From NCBI GenBank assembly GCA_028534125.1, contig CM052818.1:39682001-39746000 (forward strand): a stretch of DNA of 64,000 bases, in the 5' to 3' direction. Numbering within the stretch: the first letter of the stretch is position 1; each line of letters opens with the position of its first letter. Made by a program: the position numbers and the translations under genes. Below the pieces are notes generated by a model. That model made no database searches. It was not told the origin of the DNA and saw only the letters and a list, made by a program, of their open reading frames with translations. Of this stretch, positions 27,240 through 40,306 are shown one piece after another. The stretch is from Lama glama. Lineage: Eukaryota.

Positions 27240-30200
27240 TTTTAGGTAGGTGAGTAAAAAGGCAAGCATACAGGGAGTAGGAAAAAAAAGAACTGATTAG
27301 ATTTTGAAAGTGGTATGGATTAAGGTTATAAATGCTTTCATAAAGGCTGAGAAGACAGGAGAAGGGCTATGATTCTGAATGTCTTAAGTATTATTCTGTG
27401 GCTAACCTCTAGCAACAAAAAATAAGGACTAAGTGTGTCCGTGATTTTCAGTTAACAGGCTGCTCTGGGTTCTGAGTCTGTGGATGCAGTTACAACCGTA
27501 AGATGAGAATTTAGAGGGAGGTTATGTCTCCACCGCAGAATTGTTCTTTTCACAAGTGTGAAGGTGTATCACAGTAGAAAACAGACTTTTCTAATAAGAA
27601 AACCAACTTTGCTGACCATGACCCTTACTAAACACACAAAACTCACAGCCCTTGCCTGAACCTCTAGCTGGGCAAGCTCTTAACTGCCTCTAAAGGTGTA
27701 GGACAGTGAGACGGGAAAACAGAGAGGGGTGCCAAAAAAGAGTTGTTTCTCTGATTTAAAGCTTACATATTTATCTGCTGTTTGTATCAAGTAATAACTC
27801 CTTTTTTAGGATATTAAATGGGTACTGAAAAAGTCCAAAGACAAAAATTAATCAACCCTGTGTTTTCTCAACACCCTCACAGAACTCATCGCCTGCTGTG
27901 TACTCAGGAAGTCCTGTTAGGCTGTGATTGAGAAAATAAAAAATATGTCCAAGAGATGACCCCATCCATCAAGAACCTACAGACGATTTTGTGGATTCAG
28001 GAAAGGCAGAGCTGACAAACCAAATGCTATTGCAACATAAGGGAGGGGAGGAGTAGAGAGAAGCGGGGTGCTGGCGAATCAGATTCCTGTACACAGTAAA
28101 CAGTGAAGTTGATGCCAACTAGAAAATGCGATACATTGGGAAGTTCTTGTAACAGAGGAACAGGAGTTTAGGCCTTACCAAGGTTGGACTGAGTTTTCAA
28201 ATTCCCTCTCCAGCTTTTCCCGCCCCCCCCAAGCTAGGACCTTTAAAACCTATCCTACCCTTTCCTATCCAGTGTACACAGAGGGTTCGCTGGTGCATAA
28301 GGTGTTGTGAAAATGGCTGTAAGCTTTGACACCAATCGCCCAGGGGCTTTGTTTGGGAGAATGTCTCCAGTTTCAACCAGCCAGAGAGGAGAGACCAGGC
28401 TGATAATCCAATTCCTCAGTCTCTTTTTGTTTCATAAATACGGACTTTTAATCAAGTAGCCTACTCTTATAACTCTCATAATTGCAAGGGTTCCACTACC
28501 TCTCCTTTGTTCTTGTGTCCTGTTAATAAAATGACAACAGTTTGTGAAAGTACCTCCTTCAGATACGTCCACTCCTCTGATTTCTGTTGCCATCGACGTG
28601 TGATGGGTCCCCAGGCTTGTATTCCTCCCACCCAGATTCAGCTCTCTATTGGACATCTTCACTGAGAAGCATCTCAAATAAATTGAACTCATTAAATCAT
28701 GCAATAATGAATTAAATTAACTACACTGCTGTAATATATAATTTACTGGTACATATAATAATATATATAATACACAATAAACTGTTTCACATGTTTATGT
28801 CTTATCTCTCTAGCTACACTAAAAGTTCTTGAGATCACCTATCTGGGTTGTATCCTGGCTTTATCACTTCCTGTGTCCCCTTGAGCAATGTTTGGTTTTC
28901 TTACTTATATACTAAGGACACATATGTCTCAGATTTATTTGAGGACTAAAATTTAATTAAGCTAGTGTATATTCAGCACTTTGAAAATCGTAAAGGATTA
29001 TGAAAGTCAAAGATATTACTATATTCCGGCATCCTCCAACAGCATTTCCCCCTCACCGCTCTGTGTTCTCCCACACTCGCGATGGCACTAAGCACAGGAG
29101 GATGCCCAGTAAATGTGTGGGCACCGGTGGACCACTTAGAGATGGCAGGATGAGACTGGAGGGACTCAAACAAGAATAAGATGACCTGCCTTCACCATCA
29201 TCTGTGCCACTATCTTCCTATGTGAGCTCAGGCAATCTCCTCACCTCTTTAAACTTTTTTTTTTTTAAACTCAGATGCTCTCTAAGAGTCCTTTCTGTTC
29301 CCATGTTAGTCCTGCATTATAGATCTCAAAATGAGATCCCAGCGACTCTTCCAATCCCATATCCGTCTTTTACCGCCAGGTCAACATTCTCTTTACCTGT
29401 ATGCTCTCCTTTCTCTGCCCTCTCAGGTGAGGTCCTGGAGTGTGATAGTGGGTTCTCCATTGAAATCTCCATAGAACAAGGAAAGCAAGTGTGTGAGGCC
29501 TTATAATCCCACATGAGGCTCTGACATTTCTCGTCCTGGCCTTCCCGTCTCCATTCCTTCTAGTGGACAGTTGGAGAGGCACAATTGGTTGGCTATGTTT
29601 TAAAGCCAGTCAACAAGTTTCTTGACTTAGAAAGTTGCTTTTCTCTTTATTCTGTCAACAGGGAGGGGCTGGGACCTGTTTCTCCCCCAGGGAAGGGGTG
29701 TTGGCCACGTCCACCTCTACACACTGACCTCTCAGGACTCATATTTGGCTCCATTCAATCTTGGCTGTGTCCACCTAGATGGCCAGTGACCAACTTCCTG
29801 TCTGACTTCTATTGGCACTCAAGGAGGAAATGAGGGTCCCACAGGCAAAGCCTCTTCCACTTCTGGGGCTGTTTCCAAAAATAAAGTCACTGTAATACCC
29901 TAAACCAGGCATGGGACCGAGCAGCCACAGTTGTTCACTGGCCTTCCACCTCCTGGTGGCCATCGGCCAGCAGACTGCAGGGCCGCTGAAGGCTGTGTGA
30001 TGAAATGTGGTCCCCAGGGTCCTCTCTGTAACATTTTTAGGCTCATCATAAAATAAACTGCCCCAGGATGCCACCTCCCTCCAGCCCCTCCTGGGGCCTT
30101 CCGAGGGCACTGGTGACATACAGATGGCCCTTGAACTTTCCTCTCACAACTGCTGTTTCCTAGCAGTTCTGCTTTGGAACTTTTCCCATGGGCTTCAGAA

Positions 30201-31499
30201 GCATCCTTCTCCACTCTGCTTTTAAATTCAAAAGCTATAAAAATTTGCAAAACATTTTTTTTCATTTAGAGGCAAAACATTTTTTCATGCATAAATTTCT
30301 CCTCCCCTCTCCTGTTATGTCTACCATTTCTATTTCTATCTCTACCATCTCTTTCTCTTTTCTCTCTCTCTCTCTAGCATTACCTGAGCTCAAGGATGCG
30401 AAATTCTTTAAAGAATAAACGGAAAGAGAGGGAACAAAGTTGATAGAAAAAAAAAAAGCACTGCATTTAGATCTTGGTCTCAGGATGCCAGCCTCCCAAG
30501 AAGCCCAAATTCTTGGCTGCTGAGTGTCCTATAGTGATGTTGACCCAAGAGTGTCTGCCCCCAAACCCAAGGCCCCGCCATGCTGTACACCTGGCAGCAG
30601 CTTCCGTGCTATTCTTCATGAGCAGAAGCAGACCTCTCTTTGGGAATCCATACCTAGAAATTTGAAACACGTACATTTCTGATGCCGATGGCAGGTTGGA
30701 GATAGTGTGGGGGGGGGTGACAAGTGGGCAGAGAGATGGAAATTAACTGACGCTTCCTGAAACAGAGTTGAAAGTACCAGAGTTAGCCAGAGGACTGGGT
30801 GGTCTGGTGTGGCTACTATGCTGCTCTAGAAGAGAGAGATGATGATGACTTTGTCGTCACAGGGGCACGCTCTGTACCATGGAACTTACTTACTACTCAG
30901 ATGTTGGATGCTTTTGTCCATTGTGTCCTTCATTATATAAAAAAAAATGTAACCAGAAGGTGGGCCCTGGGTTAGAGCTGCTGCTTCTCTGTGTCCTCCT
31001 CAGCTGAACAGAGAAAATGTGCTTCAACTTTGGCGTATGACACTCTCCATTCACTTCATGGAAAAATTTTCTGGTGAACGTCAAAGAGAGATTTTCTATT
31101 ATAACCTTGCTCTATCCCCAAACTCAAAGACTAAGGTCTGTGCTATTGACTTACGGGCAGCTGTTCCCCCTGTTCCTGAACCTGTACGTTTGGTGTGAGG
31201 TGAAGGTGAGCACCTACGTCCTCTCCTCAACGCATGCATGTGAGGTTGCCCAGTACAGCTCTAACTTGTCAGCCTTCCCAATGAATTGTAATATTCTTCT
31301 GTATTACCATGGGATGGATGATGCTAATGCTGACAGAACAGGAACTTGACTTTCCTCTCTCCAAGCCCTTTGTGAGTAGTGAATTGGGCAGCGTGCTTTA
31401 GGATTTGGAGATACTTAAAACATAACTTTTGTTCTACACTTTTGAAACCTCAGCCCTAATCTAGAGATGACAGGAAAGATCTGATTCCACATTCTGTTA

Positions 31500-34430
31500 G
31501 ACCAACATTTTCTCTGTTTAACATGAATGATTATTAAATTAAAAAATTATCAACTGATTTGTCTATATTCATTGAGAAAGTCATGTAATTTTTCTCTTTA
31601 ATCCCTTAATGGGATCATTTATGTCACTGGATTTTCTAATGCTGAAGCATCCTATATTTCTGGGAGAAACTCTACCTATTTACAATGTATTTTTTTTCAC
31701 ATTGTTGCTTCTGACTTGTTAATGTCTTATTCAGGGCCAGTACATTCATATTCATAAGTTAGACTGGTCTATAATTTAATTTTCTGGTACTGTTCTTGCT
31801 AGATTTTTGTATCATGTTTATGCCAGCCTCAAAACAGTTCTTGGGGAAATATCTTTCATTTTCTATATTCTGAAACAATTTGAATAATATAATAATTATC
31901 CTTTTCTTGAACAGTTAGTGGTCTCACTTATAAATGGCCTCAGCTTGATGATTCTGTGGAAAAGAGATTTCTGACTACTGAATCATTTTCTTTTCAATTT
32001 CCTTGGTGATTATTGGTCTATTGAAATTTCTGTGTCTTTAGTGAAGTATTTTCATTCATATTTTCCCAGAAAGTTGTTAATTTCATCTAAATTTTCAGAT
32101 TAATGTTATAGTTATTCCTAGAAGTTTTCCAAGATTACTTATATCTCCCCTGATTCTGTGGAAATGTTCTATTTTTTCTTAATGCTGGTTATTTGTCCTT
32201 TCTTTTTCCCATACACCATTTTGTTAGACATGCCCTTCTTTGTCTTTTAAAGGGGAAGGTATTTTCTCTTATAAATTATTTTGATTATACTGAATTCGCT
32301 TTCTATTTATTTGTTAAATTCTCTCTTATTTTAATATTTCTTTATTTCTAGTTTCTCTGAATTTTCTGTTCTTTTTATGTCTTCTGGTTTTGACTCCCTA
32401 TAGTTTTTATTTTCTTGTTTTTTAATAAATCATTTGAATGTATAAATTTCCTTCTAAGTATAACCTTACTGCAGCCCACAAGTTTTGATATGGTGTGCTT
32501 TTTTGTTACTTCTAAATGTTTCATTATTTACGCCACTATTTTCCCCTCAAACCCACGAATTATTTAGGAGTGTGTTTTGAATTTTAATGCATGTGTTTAA
32601 AATGTTCAGTTTCTAACTCAGCAGAATTGTGAATAGAGAATGTGATCCTTTATGATCTCAAGTTTTTCTGTGTAATATGTGGTCCATCTTTATAAATACT
32701 TTGCATGTGCATAAAAATGAATGTCTTGTTCTTTATTTGCTGGTGTGCAGGATTTTATATGTACCTATAAGGTGAAGTTTTTAATCTTGTTGCTCACATT
32801 TCCTATGTTCTCACCAATTTTATATCCAGTTGATTTGTCCAGGTCTGAAAGAGGTATGTTAAAACCAGCCGTTCTGAACAGTTTAGATGGTTTGACATTG
32901 ATGTGCCTTAACATGGGCTTCTTTGGGTTTATGATTCTTAATGTTCATTTAGCATCTTGTTTCTGCCAATTTCTGTCTTTCATCAAGTTTGTGTGTTGCG
33001 CTGTTTGATGTTATCTTGGAGATCTTCAGGGCCTTGTTCTTTTTTTAATTTTATTTTCATTTTTTTTCCTCTCTGTTCTTCACCTTCAATGACTTGTATT
33101 ACCCTGTCTTCAAGTTTACTTACACTTCCCTGCCAAGTCCTTTCAGCTGTTAAATCCATCTAGTGATTTTTTTTTAAATTTCTGAAATTGTATTTTTCAA
33201 GTTTAGAATTTCCTCTTTTTTGTTCCTATTTATATCCTATGATTTCTTACTTCTCTACTGAGTTTTATTCATGGAAAGCATTTTTCTTTTTTTACTTCAT
33301 TGAGCATAGTTATAATAATGACGTTAAAATCCTTGTTTGTTAGTTCCAACATCTGGTTTATCTCAGAGTAGGGGTCAATTGATTTTCTTTTCTCCTGAGA
33401 ATGTATTCCATTTTTTTGGTTCTTTGTATGTTAGCCTTTAAACATCATACTTCTATTTTGAGGGGCATGCAACTTTGACATCATGTGAAAGTAGAACATA
33501 TTTACAGCTCCCATCTTGGGCTCCCCTAAGGCTATACATTCATGGGGAGAGGGTAGGAGGAATTTCAGAAACTGTTTTTCTCTCCCCTCTAAGTAGATGT
33601 AATCAAATTCCTATGTATAGCGGTTATTTTCAAATCCGTGTCTGCTAATTCCAACGAGTGAATCATCTGCAGGTCTGCTTCTGTTGTCTTTTTTTCCTTG
33701 ATTATCAGTCACATTTTTATTTCTCACATTTTGATCCTTCATATTTCTCAATTTTGTTATATTTTGGACAGGTGTATGAAAGAACCATGAAGACTGAGTT
33801 CATGTTATTTTCATCTCCAAGAGGGCTTCCCCACTCTCTGCTGTGCACATAGAGTATGGGGGACTGGTAATTCAATAAATAATTAAGCTGAATCAAGGCT
33901 GAGTTGGAGTTTTAATTAGAATTTGATTCATCTTTTTTCATTTCAAGTTTCGTGAGTGTTAGACATGTCAGATTTTACTTCAGGCATCTTCCATGATTTG
34001 AGCTTCTAAGCTTCAAGAGACTATAGAAAATTTTTCTTTTGCCTTTTCAGTTCAGTCTTTCAGCCTTCCTCACTGGCCTGGCACTTAGTGAAAGTTTCAT
34101 GGAGGTAAGTGTCTCTATGTTTGAAACTCATCTAGATTCCAGTTCACACTTCCAGCCCATGCAGACGTGAGGAGCTCTGCTGGTCTCTTTTTATCCAGAA
34201 TTCTTCTGCCTGTCAAACCTGATCTTCATCCTGTGCTCGAACTTAATAACTTCCCCCAGAGTGGAAAACATCCCCCAATCACTGCTTACGTTGAAAGCTC
34301 TCACTGGAATTTAATTTTTGTAAACCTCTTTGCTTTCACAGATCTTTTATGTCTTTTAAGAATATTGCTTTCATAACTTAACCAGTTTTCTTTGTTTTTA
34401 TGAGGTGAGCGATTATCTGTCACTACTTTC
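31500..34430 (-). mobile_element. Ancient L1M, antisense, degraded
   Basis: T-rich; tataaatttccttctaagtataaccttactgcagcccacaagttttgatatg; gaaagaggtatgttaaaa. Confidence 0.8.
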
Positions 34431-34512
34431 TGTACCCTAGCCTAAAGTGCAAGCCCCTTGTCTTTCATTTTAAGTGACTTTGAGGACGGAAATCCTATAA
34501 GGTTGGGAAAAC

Positions 34513-35005
34513 AGTGTGGTAGGCAAAAGAGTGTCCCCCTCCCTGCAGACAAAACCTGTATCCCTATGCCTGCAACCTGTGTATATCTCCCCTTTCATAG
34601 CAAAAGAGATTCCACGGGGTGGTTAAGTACCCGGACATGGGAGGTTACTCTGCATTACCTGAGTGGGTCTAATGTAATCACGAAGATCCTTAAACATGGA
34701 AGAGGGAGGCAGAGGGAGAGGTCAGAGAGAAAAGGTCTGAAATGTACTGTCTACCACTGCTGGATTGAAGAGGAGGAAGGCCATGAGCTGAGAAATGGCA
34801 GGTGGCCTCTGGAAGCCAGAAAAGGCAAGGAAATGAATTTTTCCCTAAGTTCTTCAGAAAGGAACACAGCCCTGCTGGCACCTTGATTCTATCCCTCTGA
34901 GCTCTTATTGGACCTCCAACCTATAGCAAGTACTGGAAGATAAGAACTGTATTGTTTTATGCCACTGAATTTTTGGTAATTTGTTAAAGCAGCAATGAGA
35001 ATCTG
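34513..35005 (+). mobile_element. MLT1 (MLT1C/D-like) solo LTR
   Basis: tgtggtaggca...ggtggcctctggaagccagaaaaggcaaggaaatga...ggtaatttgttaaagcagcaat. Confidence 0.9.
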
Positions 35006-35592
35006 TTACAGTAAGATAGGAGCCCGGGACCCTGATGACAGGGTTCCCCAGACTGCCGAACCCCAAGACTTCTTTTACAGGAGAGAGAAATCTTCTTCTA
35101 AGTGTTTTGAGCCACTGGCATTTAAGATACTCTGTGTCAAACAGCTAAAGCTAATCCTAACTGAACAGTGGCCTCCTCCTCCAGCCCAGCCCCCTGCATC
35201 ACCGACTCTGCAGTTATACTCGGACACTTAGCATCATCCCACATTCAAACTCTCAAAAATTTCACTCTCCATGTGCTCTCGTGTTATTCCAGTTTTGTCT
35301 GTTCCACTTACGACACGACACCTGTTACTCAACTGCAATGTGACCTCCGATCTACTGAATAATGAACTTTTCCCTCATCCACAGGCCTCTTCTTTCTTTC
35401 CTTCTCTTTCTGTACGGCTTCACTTCCACATACAAACTTCTTAATCACCTCACAATATCTTAATTTTTTGCCATTATTTTCTCTGTCATTCCTGTTGGCA
35501 AAACCCCAACCATTTGCTAAGTCTAAACTTCTCTGTTTGATCTGGGACTCCAGATCGTAGCTAGAGAAAAAAATCATACCTAACAGATCAAG

Positions 35593-35594
<2 letters not shown>

Positions 35595-35636
<42 letters not shown>
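35595..35636. repeat. (GT)n microsatellite
   Basis: Directly visible. Confidence 0.95.
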
Positions 35637-35639
<3 letters not shown>

Positions 35640-35745
35640 CAACACTGTGGTCCAGACCTGCATATATATCTAGCACCATAGCATCTCCACTTTGATGTCT
35701 CCAAGTAAACTCATACTAAAATGCCCTAAATTAAATTTGCATCTT

Positions 35746-35907
35746 TTTTTGTATTTATTGAAGTTTAGTCAGTTTACAGTGTTATATCAGTTTCTGGCAT
35801 GTAGCACAATGCTTCAGTCATACGTGAACATACATATACTCATTTTCATATTCTTTTTCACTGTAAGTTACTATAAGATATTGAATCTAGTTCCCTGTGC
35901 TCTACAG
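35746..35907 (-). mobile_element. Short 5'-truncated L1 3' end with TSD
   Basis: ttgaatctagttccctgtgctctacag; ttaaatttgcatctt (35731) / ttaaatttgaatctt (35908). Confidence 0.85.
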
Positions 35908-37789
35908 TTAAATTTGAATCTTTATTCCACAAACCTGCTTCTCTGCTATTGTTTCCTGTATTGGTAACTGGTACAATCATCCACCCAGTTATTCATCTAA
36001 ACACCTGGGAGTTACCTTGACCCTTCCCATGTCCAACATAACTCATCAGTTCACTGAATGCTGTTGATTCTACTTTCTAATTATCTTTCACATGCATCCA
36101 TATTTCTCCCTCCTTATTGCAAAACGTTTAGTCCAAGCTGTCCTCATCCTTTGCCCATATTTCTGCTATAGTCACCATTTCATAGCTCTGTATCTACTCT
36201 TGCTACTCAACTGCAAGCACTGTCTACTACCCAGAACTGAGGTTGTTTTTAACTTCTTATGATAAAAAATTAAATATGGAGAAAATCAGACAGAATAATA
36301 AAATAAGACAAAAAGCACACATACAATATGTAGATACACACACACACACGTTTGTTTGAAATGGCTCAGAGAAAAAATTACAGGCATCATGCCGTTTTGT
36401 CCCTGAATACTTTAGCACACATCTCCAAAAAGGTAAGGATATGGTCTTACATAACTGCAACACTGTTTCTACACTTAAGAAAATTAAAAATAATACCCTA
36501 ATGTAATTTAGTAACTAGTTTATATTAAAATTTCCCATATGGTCTCTAAAATTTTTTTATAGCTGCTCCTAATGAAGTCAGGGGAAAAATCAAGAATCAT
36601 ATTTTGCATTTGATTGTTATATCTTCAACATTTAAAAAAATCTAAGATACTTCCCCCACCCCACTCCCATTCCCACCCCCACATACACCTTTTCTTGTGC
36701 CGTTGCTTTTCTAGAGAAAACAGGCCAGTGTGTAGGGTAATGTTCCATGTTCTAGATTTCCTCATGGTGACTAGGGGATGATTTTTGAATGCAAATTTGA
36801 TCTACAGCACCCTTGCTCCAGTGGTTCCCAGTTTCTCTCAAGAAAAAGTCCAAAAACTTGGTATAGTCTGCAGAACCCACCGTAACTTGGCTCCTGCCTT
36901 CCTCCTCCCCTACCCTAATCTCCTACCCTCGCCCTGTTCCCCTCTCTTCCTGGTTTTTCTTTTCCAGAACCTCTGACTTCCTCTCTCTCTCTTTTTGTTT
37001 TTTGTTTTTCACAAATGCCCATCTCCTTCCATCCTCAGGAAACCAAACCTCATTCTCTTACCACCACTTTGCCTGCTTGGCTTCTATTCATACTTCAGTT
37101 CCCAAATTAAATATTACTTCTTCAGGCAAATCCTTTCTGACCCACCAAATGAGGATACACCCCTCTTTTCATATGTGCTCAGAGATCTCAGAAGTTTCCC
37201 TCCGTAGCACTTAGCACAGTTTCATTGAATGGTTTGTTAGTATTTGTTCTTACTACCTCCCTTAGCAGACTGTAAATCCTACGAGAATGGGGGCCATTCC
37301 TATCTCATTACCTTTGAATCCTCAAAATTCATTACTGAGCTTAGCTCACAGTAGCTGATCAAAAATATAAGCACGGTTTTACTCTCTCTCTGCCTAAATC
37401 ACTTGGCCTGTAAAGGTAAGAAGAAGAAGAAGAGTACTTGCCTTACAGGCTTTTTCACAGCAAATAAGATAAATCCTGTAAAGACTTTAACATAGTACCT
37501 GGCAAATAGAAAGAGGCAAGGAGGAGAAATTCATGATCATGAATTTAGTAATTCTGAAAAAAAAAAAAGCCATTTTTCAGAATTACCAGAGCTTGAATAT
37601 GTAGCTATCATTTCCCTACATGAACAATTTTTCATTTAATAAAATGTTTACAGTGTCTTACTCAAAGTTGCTGTTCAACTAAAATGTGTATTTCAGTGTC
37701 TCTTGTTTGACGGGCTCAGCCGATACACAGTCTTTCTTTGATCAGTGTTTCAGAAGAAACCTGTAATTTGTGTTAGGAGAATAAGATAG

Positions 37790-37925
37790 AGACAAGTGAT
37801 GGTTTGCCATTTGCATCATTTAATTAATTAGTGTATTTACTTGATGGCCAGATGTATTGTATTCATGGCAGTTCATCGCTGATTGCATTAATTGATTATT
37901 TTGACATGCAGTTGACCTATCTCTT
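37790..37925. promoter_or_regulatory. Candidate developmental enhancer / conserved non-coding element
   Basis: ATTTGCAT 37809-37816, TTAATTAATTA 37820-37830, CAGATG 37849-37854, TGATTGCATTAATTGATTA from 37880, TGACA 37902-37906; conservation not checked. Confidence 0.45.
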
Positions 37926-39785
37926 GGAGAAAAATAGTACACTTCAGACTTCATTTCCCCCTGTGTCAAAACCTCTTTTAAGCCTGGGTGCACAGGGACA
38001 GATTACCGACTTGTAAAGAGAGACACGCTCTATTGTACACAATTGCTTCCCTGGACTGCCGCCTCCTCAGATTTCGAGAATTTTTTGGGTAGGCTGATGC
38101 TGCTATCGCTTGGCACCAGGATACAGACTCCCAAACACACGGAACAGTTAAAAACCAACTCCCACGAACGATTTCATTGTCCCAACTCCATTTGTAATGT
38201 AAATCCTTCAGAGGTGCTTCCTATTCTTGGAAGAAAAGTCACAAGCCGGAGGGTGCGTCACCTTCGCAGTCAGCACCCCTTTTAGCTCCTAATGTAGAAC
38301 ATATGGTGGTTGAAGAGGTTACAGTGTTACAGAAATGTCATTACAGAATTTCTCTGTGTTCGCATGTATCATCTGTCACGTAATTGTTTGTCTTACAGCC
38401 CATACCTATAATGGGCTAAGTGGGGACTATTTATATCAGTTAACAATGAGTGCCTTTAATTAGTATTTCATGCAACTGGAACATGTTAAGAAAGCTGACA
38501 CAAAGCTGGCTGGGTTGGGAGATTCCATGTGAATTTCATTACGGAATTGTTAGGATATTACAGTCGCACAGGTACCAAGGTTTCTCCAATTGCCATAATG
38601 CTCTGGGAGTTCAACACTTGTGAAAATGACAAACCATCACATTGGGTCTAACTCAGCTGATGGACAGGTGGAAATTGTCCGCCTTGTACCCATACCCCAA
38701 ATTCCTCATGATAGCTCATCCAGGGGCCTGCAGAGGCACGCAGACAGCACATCACAGAGCCCATGCAAACCCTGGGGAAGAATGCCGGAAAAAGAAACAA
38801 AGGGCAAAGCCTTTGTGGTGTAAGTGCTTAGTGCTAAGTGAGAGGTTGGCAGTTGGATAAAGTATTTTTCTTAACTGGTACAAATGGTTTCATTTTCCCC
38901 ATTCTCATTTTTAGACACTTGTATTGATTCAAAGACGCCTCTTCAACAGCCTAGATGCACTAAAGCAAAAACTGGGTTTAGTAGACAATGAAAACATAGT
39001 TACATGTCTAGACCTATAAGAAAGTGTCTCCAATAAAATATTGAAGAAGATAGTCATGTCAGCAAACCATCCTTTAATTCCTTTGAAAAGGAATCCCCAC
39101 CTATGACTACAATAGAGGCTGGCGGGCTGTTCTAAACAGTCTCTGAGCAACTCCACGTGATGTGCTCTCTCCCCCTTTTAGGATTGTGTAAGATGTGCAC
39201 AGGATATTCAATCTGTCATCTTGGTTTACAGAATCAGACAACATTTTCACATGTTGATCTCAACTTCAGAAAGAATGCTAATTGTTTTGTCAAACCCAAA
39301 TGAATTTTTTAAACAGTGAAGTTTTATAAATTTTTTGTGTGATTTATTACTTGGTGGAAAAACAATCCTGTATTTTTGACAATGTGGCCCGTGTTACAGA
39401 ACTTAGTAATAGTGTCTACGATGTTTTCTTTGAAATCTTTAAAGCACTGTTCAGTAACGATTTATGGAAGTTCTGGTGGGTATATCTTGCCATCAGAGGC
39501 TGCTTATGTAGGCCAAAATATCTTTCCTTGGCAAATATACCCCTGATCACCAAACATCACTTTCTGTCATAGAGAATCCTGGGATCTGAACCAATGGAAA
39601 ATCACTAGCAGGTCTCTGCTTCTTGTTACCTGTGTTAACCCAAAGTGCATAGGTTAGGACAGCAGTTGCTGGTGACAGGCACCATCCCTGCCTGACAGCC
39701 AACTTCGGGAAGCCTTATTCATCACTCTTCAGTTTCATTTCCTTGGGGCAGTAAGAGGGCAAACACCTAGGATGAATGTTCTTAC

Positions 39786-39843
39786 CATGTCTTCAGCCAT
39801 GATTGTCTCTCTGCAAGTATTTTGCTGTGGACTTTATTTATTC
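39786..39843 (-). other. Candidate 58-nt exon
   Basis: ttttctctAG acceptor, ATG|GTAAGA donor; contains acaatcATGG. Confidence 0.25.
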
Positions 39844-40282
39844 CTAGAGAAAATCATCAGCTTCTCTCTCTGTGTCAGTAGCTGGATCTCTATGTTAATA
39901 ACTGTATTGATGTCCACATTTCCTAGATGGACATCTTCTCCATGCACATAGTTATTACTGATTTCTAACCACACATTCACCTGGACTCTTTGTAGGTCCC
40001 AGGACTTTAACATCTCACGTAAGCAACAGCTAGTTGATTGCGAGTTTTAAATATAATCAGCAACTTTCTTTTTCTTACAGAAGTCTTGCCCTGATTATAT
40101 TTGCTATTGCATTTGAATGATGGTTATCGTCTTTCAATGTTCTGCATTTGTATATGGTGTGATTCTTACATTTCTCTTTTTATCTAAATAGTATCTGTAG
40201 TAACTTTTACACTTTGCATTTCAGTTGAAATCAGACAGGAATATAACCTTCCTTTATTTTTGTATTTTTCTAATCTCTTTAG

Positions 40283-40306
40283 CATTAACACTTTAGCACA
40301 AATGCT
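40283..40306 (+). other. Candidate 24-nt microexon
   Basis: Long T-rich tract, ctaat, ctctttAG acceptor; GCT|GTAAGT donor; one open frame (xINTLAQML). Confidence 0.3.

Larger units (their letters stand above)
35230..37365 (+). mobile_element. L2, interrupted by (TG)n, an L1 3' end and an old L1 piece
   Basis: catccacccagttattcatctaaacacctgggagttacc; agactgtaaatcctacgagaatgggggcc. Confidence 0.7.
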
